64,000 bases of DNA, from the NCBI GenBank assembly GCA_029855935.1, contig JAGSHN010000005.1, positions 1 to 64,000 on the forward strand. Reading direction: 5' to 3'. Below, piece by piece: positions 27,965 through 37,078 of this stretch. Origin of the DNA: Candidatus Thorarchaeota archaeon (lineage in GTDB: Archaea > Asgardarchaeota > Thorarchaeia > Thorarchaeales > Thorarchaeaceae). The position numbers and the translations under genes are program-made. Position 1 is the first letter of the stretch. Every line of letters begins with the position of its first letter. The notes under the pieces were generated by a model. It saw nothing but the letters and a program-made list of their open reading frames with translations. It had not been told where the DNA came from and made no database searches.

Positions 27965-28339
27965 CTACGACTGGAGATAGGATGAGGTGAGGTCCTCAAC
28001 GAGCGCGTCAACGGTCGCGATTATCTGCCGGATGTCATCCTGCGAGGCGCGGTCGAGATGAATTCCGACCACTGCCACGACTGTCACGCCAATCTCCTTG
28101 GCAAGACGCTCTGAGATGTCGCGGGAGAGTACATAGTCCTTGTGACCCGGCAAGGAGATTGTGCTCACACTGACACTGACTCGCCCCGTTTCTGCTGCGC
28201 TTGGAGAGAGGTGGGCAATCGAAACCGCACCTATATGCGAGCGGTCGCCACCGTAGAGCAGCACATGCAGGTCTCGGCCCACCCAGCGGGCATCAAGAGT
28301 TATGGTTCGCCCACGGACTTCCCCGCATAGTTCGACCAC
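27965..28339 (-). CDS. LpdD-like / proteasome-assembly-chaperone-like small protein
   Basis: VGRDL..LYGGD.SHIGAV, LPGHKD, VVGIHLD; start approximate. Confidence 0.65.
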   Translation of the reverse strand: MVELCGEVRGRTITLDARWVGRDLHVLLYGGDRSHIGAVSIAHLSPSAAETGRVSVSVSTISLPGHKDYVLSRDISERLAKEIGVTVVAVVGIHLDRASQDDIRQIIATVDALVEDLTSSYLQS

Positions 28340-28380
28340 AAATGCAACCTCCAGCGACCTGTGAGTCAGCTCAGCGATGA

Positions 28381-29931
28381 TCAATCTCTGTGCTCTTGCT
28401 GCTTCCGCAGGTGCATCCGCCAAGAGAGTGTTAGAGTGGAGGGGTGTGCAGCCTTGTACTCGTCGAGCAGACGTATTGAGGCATTGTGAGGAGCGGTCAG
28501 CACAATCTCGGGGTCTTCATACGCCTCCCTCGATATCTCGGCTATTGCCTCGATGAACCGGTCAAGCTCCTCCTTCGACTCCGACTCTGTGGGCTCTATC
28601 ATCAGCGCCTCGTCCACTATTAGCGGAAAGTAGATGGTCGGAGCGTGCACGCCGAAGTCGAGAAGACGCTTTGCAACATTCAAGGCAGAAACTCCCGTTT
28701 CCTTCTTGAGAGCCGTTGCCGAGATGACACACTCGTGCATCCGTGGAGTGTCCTCAGAACAGGGAAGCGAGAAGCCACGTATTTGTCTGATGTGATGGGC
28801 CACGTAGTTTGCGTTCAACACCGCGACCTCAGAGGCGCGTCTCAGACCCTCTTGGCCCATGGCATAGATGTACGCATAAGCACGCAGGAGTACCCCAACG
28901 TTTCCATAGAACCCGTGAACCTTGCCAATCGACTTGGGGCGGTCATAGTCAAGGTCGAAGAAGCCATCCTGACGCCTGACGACTACGGGCACGGGGAGGA
29001 AGTCGGCAAGATCCTTCTTCACACCAACGGGGCCTGCACCGGGTCCTCCGCCACCGTGTGGGGTCGAGAAGGTCTTGTGCAGATTGAGATGAACAACGTC
29101 GAAGCCCATATCACCAGGCCTGACGATTCCCATGATGGCATTGAGGTTCGCCCCATCATAGTATAGGAGACCTCCCGCGTCGTGGACAATCCCACCAATC
29201 TCCTCTATGTTCTTCTCGAACACGCCAATCGTGTTTGGGTTTGTCAACATCAGACCCGCCGTCCTTGGTCCAACAGCCTCCTTGAGAGCGTCGATGTCAA
29301 CGAGGCCCTCGCTGTCCGATGGAACAACTACCACCTTGAAGCCAGCCATAGTGGCTGATGCGGGGTTGGTCCCGTGCGCGGCATCCGGGATTATCATCTC
29401 CTGCCGCGCCTCCCATTCGCCTGTGACCTGACGATGATACTCCCTGATGATCAGTGCTCCGGTCATCTCGCCCTGAGCACCAGCTGAGGGCTGGAGTGTG
29501 ACCTCATCCATTCCGGTGATTTCGGCGAGCCACTGCTGAAGCTCCCACATCATCTCAAGGGTCCCTTGCGCCATCCGTGGGTCCTGATACGGATGCACCC
29601 ACGCAAACTCAGGCATAGACGCGAGTATCTCGTCCACAACGGGGTTGTATTTCATAGTGCAGCTACCGAGCGGGTACGTCCCCACCGTCACGGAGTAGTT
29701 CATCTGCGACAGACGTGTGTAGTGCCGTACGATACGGGGCTCGGGAACTGTCGGAAGCGATGGTGGTGAGCCGCGGAACAGGGACTTGGGAAGAAGCTCG
29801 CTCAGTGCTGGCATTGCATCACGAATCTCCGGCTCGAGCGGAGGGGGATGATGACTGACCATTCCCGGGCGAGATAGCTCGAAGAGCAGAGGCTCGTGCC
29901 ACTCGGCCTGATGGAACTCTGAGTGTACCAC
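28381..29931 (-). CDS. gcvPB: Glycine dehydrogenase subunit 2
   Basis: PLGSCTMKYNP, AHGTNPAS, NLHKTFSTPHGGGGPG. Confidence 0.97.
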   Translation of the reverse strand: MVHSEFHQAEWHEPLLFELSRPGMVSHHPPPLEPEIRDAMPALSELLPKSLFRGSPPSLPTVPEPRIVRHYTRLSQMNYSVTVGTYPLGSCTMKYNPVVDEILASMPEFAWVHPYQDPRMAQGTLEMMWELQQWLAEITGMDEVTLQPSAGAQGEMTGALIIREYHRQVTGEWEARQEMIIPDAAHGTNPASATMAGFKVVVVPSDSEGLVDIDALKEAVGPRTAGLMLTNPNTIGVFEKNIEEIGGIVHDAGGLLYYDGANLNAIMGIVRPGDMGFDVVHLNLHKTFSTPHGGGGPGAGPVGVKKDLADFLPVPVVVRRQDGFFDLDYDRPKSIGKVHGFYGNVGVLLRAYAYIYAMGQEGLRRASEVAVLNANYVAHHIRQIRGFSLPCSEDTPRMHECVISATALKKETGVSALNVAKRLLDFGVHAPTIYFPLIVDEALMIEPTESESKEELDRFIEAIAEISREAYEDPEIVLTAPHNASIRLLDEYKAAHPSTLTLSWRMHLRKQQEHRD

Positions 29932-31328
29932 TACGCTCCCCTCCTCTGAACAATCTCATCGACAGCCTCCACAAGACTGTCTATGTCCTGCTTACTGTGA
30001 ATCTCTGTCACGGAGAACAACATCGACTCGCCAAACTCAGGAAAGTCGTCCGTCAATACCTTTCCTCCATGAATACCTCGCTGCAGTAGGTCCTCGTGCA
30101 CACCCTTCGCAGACACGTTCTCGAACGACACGACGAAATCACGCCATATGGCGGTGCCTATCGCAGGAGCAGTGACACCATCTATCTCGTTCAGACGCCG
30201 TGCGGCATAGTTGGACTTGTACCCGATTGTGGTGGCCAGTTCACGCAGTCCCTCGGGACCCATCGTGGCGAGATATACGGCAGCACGTACGGCCATCAGC
30301 GCTTGGTTAGAGCAGATATTGCTCGTCGCCTTCTCCCGCCGAATGTGCTGTTCTCTGGCGCTGAGAGTCAGTACAAATCCACGCTCAAGCGGCTCCTCCT
30401 TTGTCGTGGTCATCCCCACAAGTCGCCCCGGCATCTGATAGATGAGCTTACGATCATCCCGACAGCCGAATACCCCCAGCAGCGGTCCACCAAAGGAAAC
30501 AGGATTGCCCAGCGGCTGCCCCTCCGCAATCACGATGTCAGCACCATATTCTCCGGGGGGACGCAGGAGGCCCAATGAGAGCACATCCACGCCAGCAACG
30601 AGAAGTGCACCAGCATTGTGGACGGTTTCTGCAATGCGATCCACCTGCGGCTCGAGGAACCCGAGATAGCTGGGATTCTCAACGTATACGCCCGCGACAT
30701 CCTCTCCAAGCTTTGAGTCAAGGTCGGCAAGGGACATCCCGCCAGAACCGGGCTCGTGCAAGATTGTGTCCACCTTGACACCGATGGGCTCGGTGAATGT
30801 CCTCAGAACACGGAGATGAGTGGGGTTGATTGTGTCGGGGACAAGAAAACGGGTCCGTTTCTTTTTCACACGAGCAGTCATCCTCGCGGCCTCACCCAAT
30901 GAGGTCGCCATGTCATACATGCTGCTGTTGACAACACCCACGCCCAACAGCTCGGCCAGCATGCTCTGGTACTCGAAGAGGGTCTGTAGCATCCCCTGAC
31001 TGATCTCTGGTTGATAGCTGGTATATGATGTCACGAACTCGGACCTCTCAGCAAGAGCGGTCACCGTTGCAGGGATATAGTGGAGGCTTGCGCCTGCACC
31101 AAGGAACACTTTAGCGTTGAGGGCCGGACTGTTCTTCGACGCCAGCTCTCGAAGCCTTGCAACAACCTCGTACTCGGTGTGAGCGTGAGGAATGTCTAGT
31201 GGGCGTCGAAGACGAAACTTCTCGGGAATGTTGACAAGAAGGTCGTCAAAAGTCTTCAGACCCATAGACTCGAGCATCTCTCTCTCAGTATCGGGCGTCA
31301 TAGGAATGTAGGGATGTCTGAATGCCAT
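29931..31328 (-). CDS. gcvPA: Glycine dehydrogenase subunit 1
   Basis: YTSYQPEISQG, REQHIRREKATSNICSNQ; start MAFRHPYIP. Confidence 0.97.
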   Translation of the reverse strand: MAFRHPYIPMTPDTEREMLESMGLKTFDDLLVNIPEKFRLRRPLDIPHAHTEYEVVARLRELASKNSPALNAKVFLGAGASLHYIPATVTALAERSEFVTSYTSYQPEISQGMLQTLFEYQSMLAELLGVGVVNSSMYDMATSLGEAARMTARVKKKRTRFLVPDTINPTHLRVLRTFTEPIGVKVDTILHEPGSGGMSLADLDSKLGEDVAGVYVENPSYLGFLEPQVDRIAETVHNAGALLVAGVDVLSLGLLRPPGEYGADIVIAEGQPLGNPVSFGGPLLGVFGCRDDRKLIYQMPGRLVGMTTTKEEPLERGFVLTLSAREQHIRREKATSNICSNQALMAVRAAVYLATMGPEGLRELATTIGYKSNYAARRLNEIDGVTAPAIGTAIWRDFVVSFENVSAKGVHEDLLQRGIHGGKVLTDDFPEFGESMLFSVTEIHSKQDIDSLVEAVDEIVQRRGA

Positions 31329-31485
31329 GATGCACATCACCAGACTGCAGGTCGGACCAAGATGGACGGATACCCCATAGAAAGCCTTTCGCTTCGGGCC
31401 AGCAAGGTATTTCAGATGCTGGTGAGAATCATTTTTATGTGGACACAGCGACTCGACCCGAATAGGCCACGGGAGGCCATTCGGA

Positions 31486-31824
31486 ATGAAGCCATGGCTC
31501 ATCGAGATCCTCGTCTGTCCTGACGCTGACTGCAGGGGTGACCTGAGTATCACGGTATTTGAGTCACACAAGGAGGACGTCGACGGAGAGACATTTGAGG
31601 AGATTGATGAGGCACTCCTCACCTGTCAGAGATGTGGACGGTGGTATCCGGTCATTGATGGCATTGCCTGTCTCCTACCTGATTCTCTGAGGTTATCGGG
31701 CAAGCAGAGGATTGAAGAGGAGAGGTTTCTGGTGAGATGGCAGGACAGGATAGACGAGAAAATCCTGAACAGCGGCCGCCCGTTCGGCCTTGGCTCGAAG
31801 CGTGACCAGCCGAGCGAAGCATAG
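31486..31824 (+). CDS. Trm112-family methyltransferase activator
   Basis: LIEILVCP..C.GDL, LTCQRCGRWYPVIDGIA.LL. Confidence 0.88.
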   Translation: MKPWLIEILVCPDADCRGDLSITVFESHKEDVDGETFEEIDEALLTCQRCGRWYPVIDGIACLLPDSLRLSGKQRIEEERFLVRWQDRIDEKILNSGRPFGLGSKRDQPSEA

Positions 31825-31898
31825 CCCCGTGGTGTAGTGGTCAAGCATAGCGGGTTTTGGCCCCGCTGACCCAGGTTCGAATCCTGGCGGGGCTGCCA
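31823..31898 (+). tRNA. tRNA-Gln(TTG)
   Basis: AGCCCCG/CGGGGCT (A1-U72), GCGGG-TT-TTG-GC-CCCGC, TTCGAAT, CCA. Confidence 0.96.
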
Positions 31899-31902
31899 TC
31901 TC

Positions 31903-32757
31903 CTACCTCTCACGCATACTGATGCGTTCCTCGGGGTGTTCAATCTGAACACGGAACAGACGTCGGACCCTTGATAGCACCAAGCGCTCACCGTTGACAA
32001 GCACGTCCACGGCTATGTGATCTTTGAGCCCTGTTGTGGAGATCTTCTTCTCAAGCACGGCTTGGACTTGGAACACGCCCGCAGGATTATCCATAGCGAC
32101 TGTGATGAGCAGGGGTCTGTCCTTACCTGGCTCCAGTGTCACATTCTGAATCGCCATTGCGCTGACAGAATGTATGTCAACCTTTCCCTTTTGATACGGG
32201 ATTATGGTGCGCCCCTTGGTCATATCGCATCCGTCGCCAATCTTCGTGACACCGGCCTCAAATGTGAGACATTGAGTGTCATCATCATGTGCGTATATGC
32301 CGTGAAGTGCAAATGAGAGAATGTCCGTGGCCTTACTGGGGTCATCGTATATCTCGTTGAGTTTTGCATCGAGTATGGGAGCCGCGAGATGAACTGCAGC
32401 CTGGGGATGCTCGTTCCGATGAATTACCATCCCGATGTCGTGTAGATACGTCGAGGCCAAGATTACCAACCTAGAGTCATCGATGTCGCCAATTCCCTCG
32501 GCGACAACGTTGGGCCGAAATGTCTGCTCCAAGATCTCGAAGGCACGCAGTGCATTCCACGTTGCAACCTCTGCGTGAATGGGGCCGTGATCCGTATAGC
32601 CCAGACGCGACACAGCCATCCTGTTTGCGGTCCGTAGATACGACTGCACCTTCGGGTGACTGCGGAGATACTCGTACATCTCCATCGCCTTGGAGCCCGG
32701 CTCCAGCAAGTCGCGGACGCTGATTGCCTCTCGATTGAAAACGACTGTGTCATTCAT
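31903..32757 (-). CDS. HD-domain metal-dependent phosphohydrolase
   Basis: YTDHGPIH, YLHDIG, DGCDMTKGR, DIHSVSA. Confidence 0.9.
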   Translation of the reverse strand: MNDTVVFNREAISVRDLLEPGSKAMEMYEYLRSHPKVQSYLRTANRMAVSRLGYTDHGPIHAEVATWNALRAFEILEQTFRPNVVAEGIGDIDDSRLVILASTYLHDIGMVIHRNEHPQAAVHLAAPILDAKLNEIYDDPSKATDILSFALHGIYAHDDDTQCLTFEAGVTKIGDGCDMTKGRTIIPYQKGKVDIHSVSAMAIQNVTLEPGKDRPLLITVAMDNPAGVFQVQAVLEKKISTTGLKDHIAVDVLVNGERLVLSRVRRLFRVQIEHPEERISMRER

Positions 32758-32902
32758 TTACCCCATCACCTGTGGTGATACATAGAGAGAAATGGTCAGG
32801 CACTACGTGAGCTGATAAGCATTACGCAATGGACGAACGAGAGTGCTACGGACTCGACGGTATCCGAGATAGAAAGGTGATGGCGGGACAGCCGATCTAC
32901 GA

Positions 32903-35851
32903 CTATATCTCGCCCGCCTCTTCCTGCATAGAGAGGAGTATTCTGTCGGTGGCGGTCACGGCCTGCTTTATGGTCTTCAGGTATTCCTGGCGAGTCTTCT
33001 CAAAGGCAGCCCGGCTGATGCGCTGCTTCTTCTTCCGCAACAGGAGCTGACGCAGCCCAGCCTTTGCACCCTCCATTCTCTCCTCCTGCAGCTCAAGCTG
33101 GGCAATCATATCGCGATACCGTGAGCCGTATTGCATAAGCTCCTGCTTCAGCGAGGAGAGCTCGGACTCTATCTGCTGCAGCTGGCTCTTGATGTCGCGT
33201 TCGCGAACCATGAATTCGCGTTTGGACACCTTGCCTTTCCTCCGAGCCGACTCCAGCTTCTCCAGGTCAAGATTTAGTGCCGTCTTGCGAGAGTATGTCT
33301 TTGCAAACGAACTCAGGAGCTCGGGTGGTGCGCCCACCTGTGCGGCAACAGGGCCGCCCCTAGCTGCGGCCTCAGTAGTCACTTCAAGACGCGCCTTCCT
33401 TGCCACGACGTAGGCCGCTGCCACAAGTCCCACTATTGCAGAGAATATGAGTGGACGAGCAAAGACGCCAATTGTGACCTGATAGATGAGATAGCTCCGG
33501 GGGGGATTGTGGACAGTGGTGTTGAAGTAGCTATACCGGAAGATTGCATTGAATGGCCCACTGAGCAGTCTGTACTCGCCGGATATGTAGACCACGTTGA
33601 CACTCGTGGGAATGATTATGTCGACAGTGTGACTCCGGACGAGTAGCTCATCGAGAGTGGCCATCGGGAAATCAATCCTAAGGCCCCGGGGGACAACCTC
33701 CTGATACTCGGGCAGATAGATGTCGTATTCCACATTGAAGGTGTACTTGTAGTTCGGCCAGAAGCCCTTCTCACCGAATCGGTCGGCCTTGAGATTAATG
33801 CGCTGGTCGAAGGTGGCATTCCAGTCATAATCGTGAGGCATAGATGCTGCCAAGATTCCCACTTGATCGTAGATTCGGATGTTTGACGCATACGCTGGAA
33901 ACGTGAACGTGAGATCGTTCTCACGCGCGGGACCGATGTTGTCAACGTGTATTGTTTCTTTGTAGTGAAGCCAGCCCCATGGGTCCACAGTTATCTCCGT
34001 TGTCCGCGTGGCGGCAAGAAGTGGTGTGAACGACTTTATGACAATCTCGAAAGACTCTACTGTCATGGGAGCTATGTTCGTGTACACACCCTCTGGATTG
34101 GTACCTGAATGCAGGCTGTCGCCACTCCGAAATCCTATCGTGAATGACAGCCGGGAGATGACATATGGGACCACCGGATACTTCAGAAAGCGCATCTCGT
34201 AGAGGTTGTCATCGGAGTTGATGAGTGTGTGAGTCGAATGGAAGAACATTCGGACCGTGAATTCGTATGTTTCGCCAGGCTCGACTTGATCCAAGAAGTA
34301 GACGCGCCAGCGGTACATTCCGTTGTAGTCACCCACACGGACGACCTGTAGCGCTGCCTCACTCTCACTCTCGGCCTCTATGGACATGAAGTTTGACGTG
34401 TAGGGCTTTGGGAGAAACACGTCGAAAGCGCTGATTGGAACGGCGTCATCGTTTACGATTGTGAAAACGTCTTCAGACTTGACCGAGTGATACAACAGTG
34501 TGCTGACCGTTCGGGCCACCCTAAGAGTGATTCCAAGCAACGGCGTGTAGGGAATCTCGACGGTCACATTGATGAACATCACCGAGGTTGTGTTGGAGGG
34601 GTCTGTTGCATTGAACCAGAGCGTATGGGCCGTGCCCGACTCATAGTCAGACACGTCAAGCACGCCAGTCCACAGATCAGACTTGAAGTCGTACTCAAGC
34701 GGATTCCACGACTCGTTGTCAAATCGGAAAAAGGCCCGTCGCACCCATGAGTTGTCTGTGATGTTGATGCGGAGGTCCATAATCCAGTCAAGTGAGTCGC
34801 CATCCTTGGGACTCACAGGATTAATCCTAGGCGGCGTATTCGGCACGAGCCGAATCATCATCGGGCTCGACCAATCCGTATGACGCACGGGAAAGCCGTC
34901 GATGTCCTCATCAGCACCAATAAGTAAGACAAAGGGATAGTAGATGTTGTTGGCGCTGACAAGAGGAACGTCGTTGGTGTCCGTACTGTTCATCCGAATG
35001 AAGTACTCAATGCTGGTGGTAGCACCGTTGTCGCTAGCGTTTGCTGCCAGTATTCTGGTCGAGTCGTCATCAGGAAGGTGGTTGAACGTGCTGACACCGT
35101 GATCGTCACGATAGACAATTCTGCTGTAGTCAGCCGGGTTCTCCTCGCTGGACCCAATCTTGCGAAGTGTCACCACGTACTCAAGGTCCTTTCCGTAAAG
35201 CTCGTGGCCAGGGGAGTTGTAGGCCTCCTCCGCGGGGATTATGAAGTGTCTGACCTCGCCCACGCGCATGCCAATTATCGCCTCCTTGTAGGCGGTCAGC
35301 AGCTTTTCCTCATTGAGGGGTGTATCCCCGGTTCCGTCCGGGGCCATCCCCTCCTCCAGCAGAGTCCCGTTCCTGTCGTATAGACGATACTCGACCGCCA
35401 CGACCTCATTTCCGGTGACACGTGGAAATGCCTTATGAGGTGTTCCGGGAGCAAAGCCATAGACTAGGTCCGTGTTGTTCAGGCCATCGGTGGTATAGGT
35501 GCCATTGGGAGCCTTCCATCCTATGCCAACCCAACCCGAGGTGGGAGCCTCTAGGCCGACGAATAGAACGGATGAGTTGTGCTCCATATAGACTGTGACT
35601 CCCGTCGCAGGGTCTGTGAAGTTGAGGGCATACTCCTGCGGGTCGATTATCCCATCTGCATAGCCATAGTGCTGGTCGACAAATGGAGCCGAGATGTTGG
35701 GCAAAGAGGATGCCAGCACAGGCTGAGGGCTGTTTGACGACAGAGAAACCGGATGCGTACCGAGTGTACCGTCAGCTGGGAGAGAGCTCAGTCCAACCAA
35801 CAGTGTCAACAATGCCACGACAATGATTTGTCTATGCAGATGGTTCAACAC
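32903..35851 (-). CDS. Type I membrane glycoprotein: signal peptide, DOMON-like domain (FKBP insert), Ig-like domain, ribophorin I-like domain, TM, cytoplasmic coiled coil
   Basis: GWVGIGW..GLNNTDLV (DOMON); VAVEY..EAIIGMRVGE.R.FIIPAEEAY..L.Y.V.L (FKBP); ITVDPWG.L...E.I.V.N.G and FPAYASNIRIYDQVG (RPN1-like); about 15 NxS/T sequons. Confidence 0.8.
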   Translation of the reverse strand: MLNHLHRQIIVVALLTLLVGLSSLPADGTLGTHPVSLSSNSPQPVLASSLPNISAPFVDQHYGYADGIIDPQEYALNFTDPATGVTVYMEHNSSVLFVGLEAPTSGWVGIGWKAPNGTYTTDGLNNTDLVYGFAPGTPHKAFPRVTGNEVVAVEYRLYDRNGTLLEEGMAPDGTGDTPLNEEKLLTAYKEAIIGMRVGEVRHFIIPAEEAYNSPGHELYGKDLEYVVTLRKIGSSEENPADYSRIVYRDDHGVSTFNHLPDDDSTRILAANASDNGATTSIEYFIRMNSTDTNDVPLVSANNIYYPFVLLIGADEDIDGFPVRHTDWSSPMMIRLVPNTPPRINPVSPKDGDSLDWIMDLRINITDNSWVRRAFFRFDNESWNPLEYDFKSDLWTGVLDVSDYESGTAHTLWFNATDPSNTTSVMFINVTVEIPYTPLLGITLRVARTVSTLLYHSVKSEDVFTIVNDDAVPISAFDVFLPKPYTSNFMSIEAESESEAALQVVRVGDYNGMYRWRVYFLDQVEPGETYEFTVRMFFHSTHTLINSDDNLYEMRFLKYPVVPYVISRLSFTIGFRSGDSLHSGTNPEGVYTNIAPMTVESFEIVIKSFTPLLAATRTTEITVDPWGWLHYKETIHVDNIGPARENDLTFTFPAYASNIRIYDQVGILAASMPHDYDWNATFDQRINLKADRFGEKGFWPNYKYTFNVEYDIYLPEYQEVVPRGLRIDFPMATLDELLVRSHTVDIIIPTSVNVVYISGEYRLLSGPFNAIFRYSYFNTTVHNPPRSYLIYQVTIGVFARPLIFSAIVGLVAAAYVVARKARLEVTTEAAARGGPVAAQVGAPPELLSSFAKTYSRKTALNLDLEKLESARRKGKVSKREFMVRERDIKSQLQQIESELSSLKQELMQYGSRYRDMIAQLELQEERMEGAKAGLRQLLLRKKKQRISRAAFEKTRQEYLKTIKQAVTATDRILLSMQEEAGEI

Positions 35852-36046
35852 AGTATCACCCTGCTGATATGGTCTTGGTATCTCGTGCAGAGCCTTTGCT
35901 ACACTGCAAACGCGGCGCCCCAGCAGTCGGGACAGTTAAAACAGTTTCGGACGTCAAAGCAGTGTACGAAGAAGAACAGGAGCGCCTCGCAGAGCCCAAA
36001 GCATAAAATATCGATGTGACAGCCGACTCATCCGGAGTGACGCCAC

Positions 36047-37078
36047 TTGTATCTGCTGCTACTCTCAGTCCTAATCGCCTTCGTGATAGTCATCGTCGTG
36101 ATGCCGAGCACTATCCGGCTTCTACAAGAGAGAGGCCAGATGGGCATTGATGTGCACAAGCCGGATCAACCCGAGGTCCCCAAGGGGGGCGGCTTTGTGG
36201 TGCTGTTCGCCATTGTGACCTCTCTGCTCCTCATCATAGGCGGCACCACATTCACAGATGGAGTTGCCAATCCAGCACTCCTCGCATCACTCGTTTCAAT
36301 TCTGATGGCTGGAATGATTGGTCTACTGGACGACAATCTGGACTTCAGGAATCGGACTAAGATTATCCTCCCCCTATTGGCCTCAATACCATTGGCAGCA
36401 GTACGCGCAGGCACTACAAAGATGGCCATTCCCCTCATAGGCGAGATCAACCTTGGCCTGATGTATCCACTTGTCATCGTGCCACTGATGATGACATTCA
36501 TTGTCGACTCCACGAACATGTACGGCGGCATGAATGGCCTTGAGGCGGGGCTCGCAGCCATCAATTCTTCAGCCATTGTCTTGTATGCGTTCCTGTGGCC
36601 CCTATTTACCGGCTCGACACAACCGCAGTCGACCATTGAGGCAGGCATCGTCGCAGGAGCGCTTATGGGGGCCTCTGTAGCGTTCTGGCTGTTCAACAGG
36701 TACCCGGCCAAGGTTCTGCCCGGCGACGTTGGAAGACTGCCAATGGGTGCGGCGATAGCAGCAGCTCTCATTCTCGGGAATATGGACAGGTTGGCAATAC
36801 TGCTCTACGTTCCCTTCGGCCTCAACTTTCTGTTGTACATAGTGTACCGACTCCATGTGAGGAGGACTGGCATGGAGTATGCGAAGTTTGCATCTCCAAG
36901 GGAGGACGGTACCCTTGAGGTTGTTGGACCATTCACGGTCTACTGGATAGTACCGTATCTGTGGAGAGTCACAGAGAAGAGGAATGTGGAGATTCTTCTG
37001 CTTGTCCAAGCAGTAATAGCGTATGGTACGGTGTTGATGTTGCTGCTGGGGTATCCCTTCGGCGTCGGCTGGATCTAG
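36047..37078 (+). CDS. UDP-GlcNAc:dolichyl-phosphate GlcNAc-1-P transferase (GPT/Alg7/AglH, MraY/WecA family)
   Basis: GIDVHK, GLLDD, NMYGGMNGLEAG, FNRYPAKVLPGD; multi-TM. Confidence 0.9.
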   Translation: MYLLLLSVLIAFVIVIVVMPSTIRLLQERGQMGIDVHKPDQPEVPKGGGFVVLFAIVTSLLLIIGGTTFTDGVANPALLASLVSILMAGMIGLLDDNLDFRNRTKIILPLLASIPLAAVRAGTTKMAIPLIGEINLGLMYPLVIVPLMMTFIVDSTNMYGGMNGLEAGLAAINSSAIVLYAFLWPLFTGSTQPQSTIEAGIVAGALMGASVAFWLFNRYPAKVLPGDVGRLPMGAAIAAALILGNMDRLAILLYVPFGLNFLLYIVYRLHVRRTGMEYAKFASPREDGTLEVVGPFTVYWIVPYLWRVTEKRNVEILLLVQAVIAYGTVLMLLLGYPFGVGWI

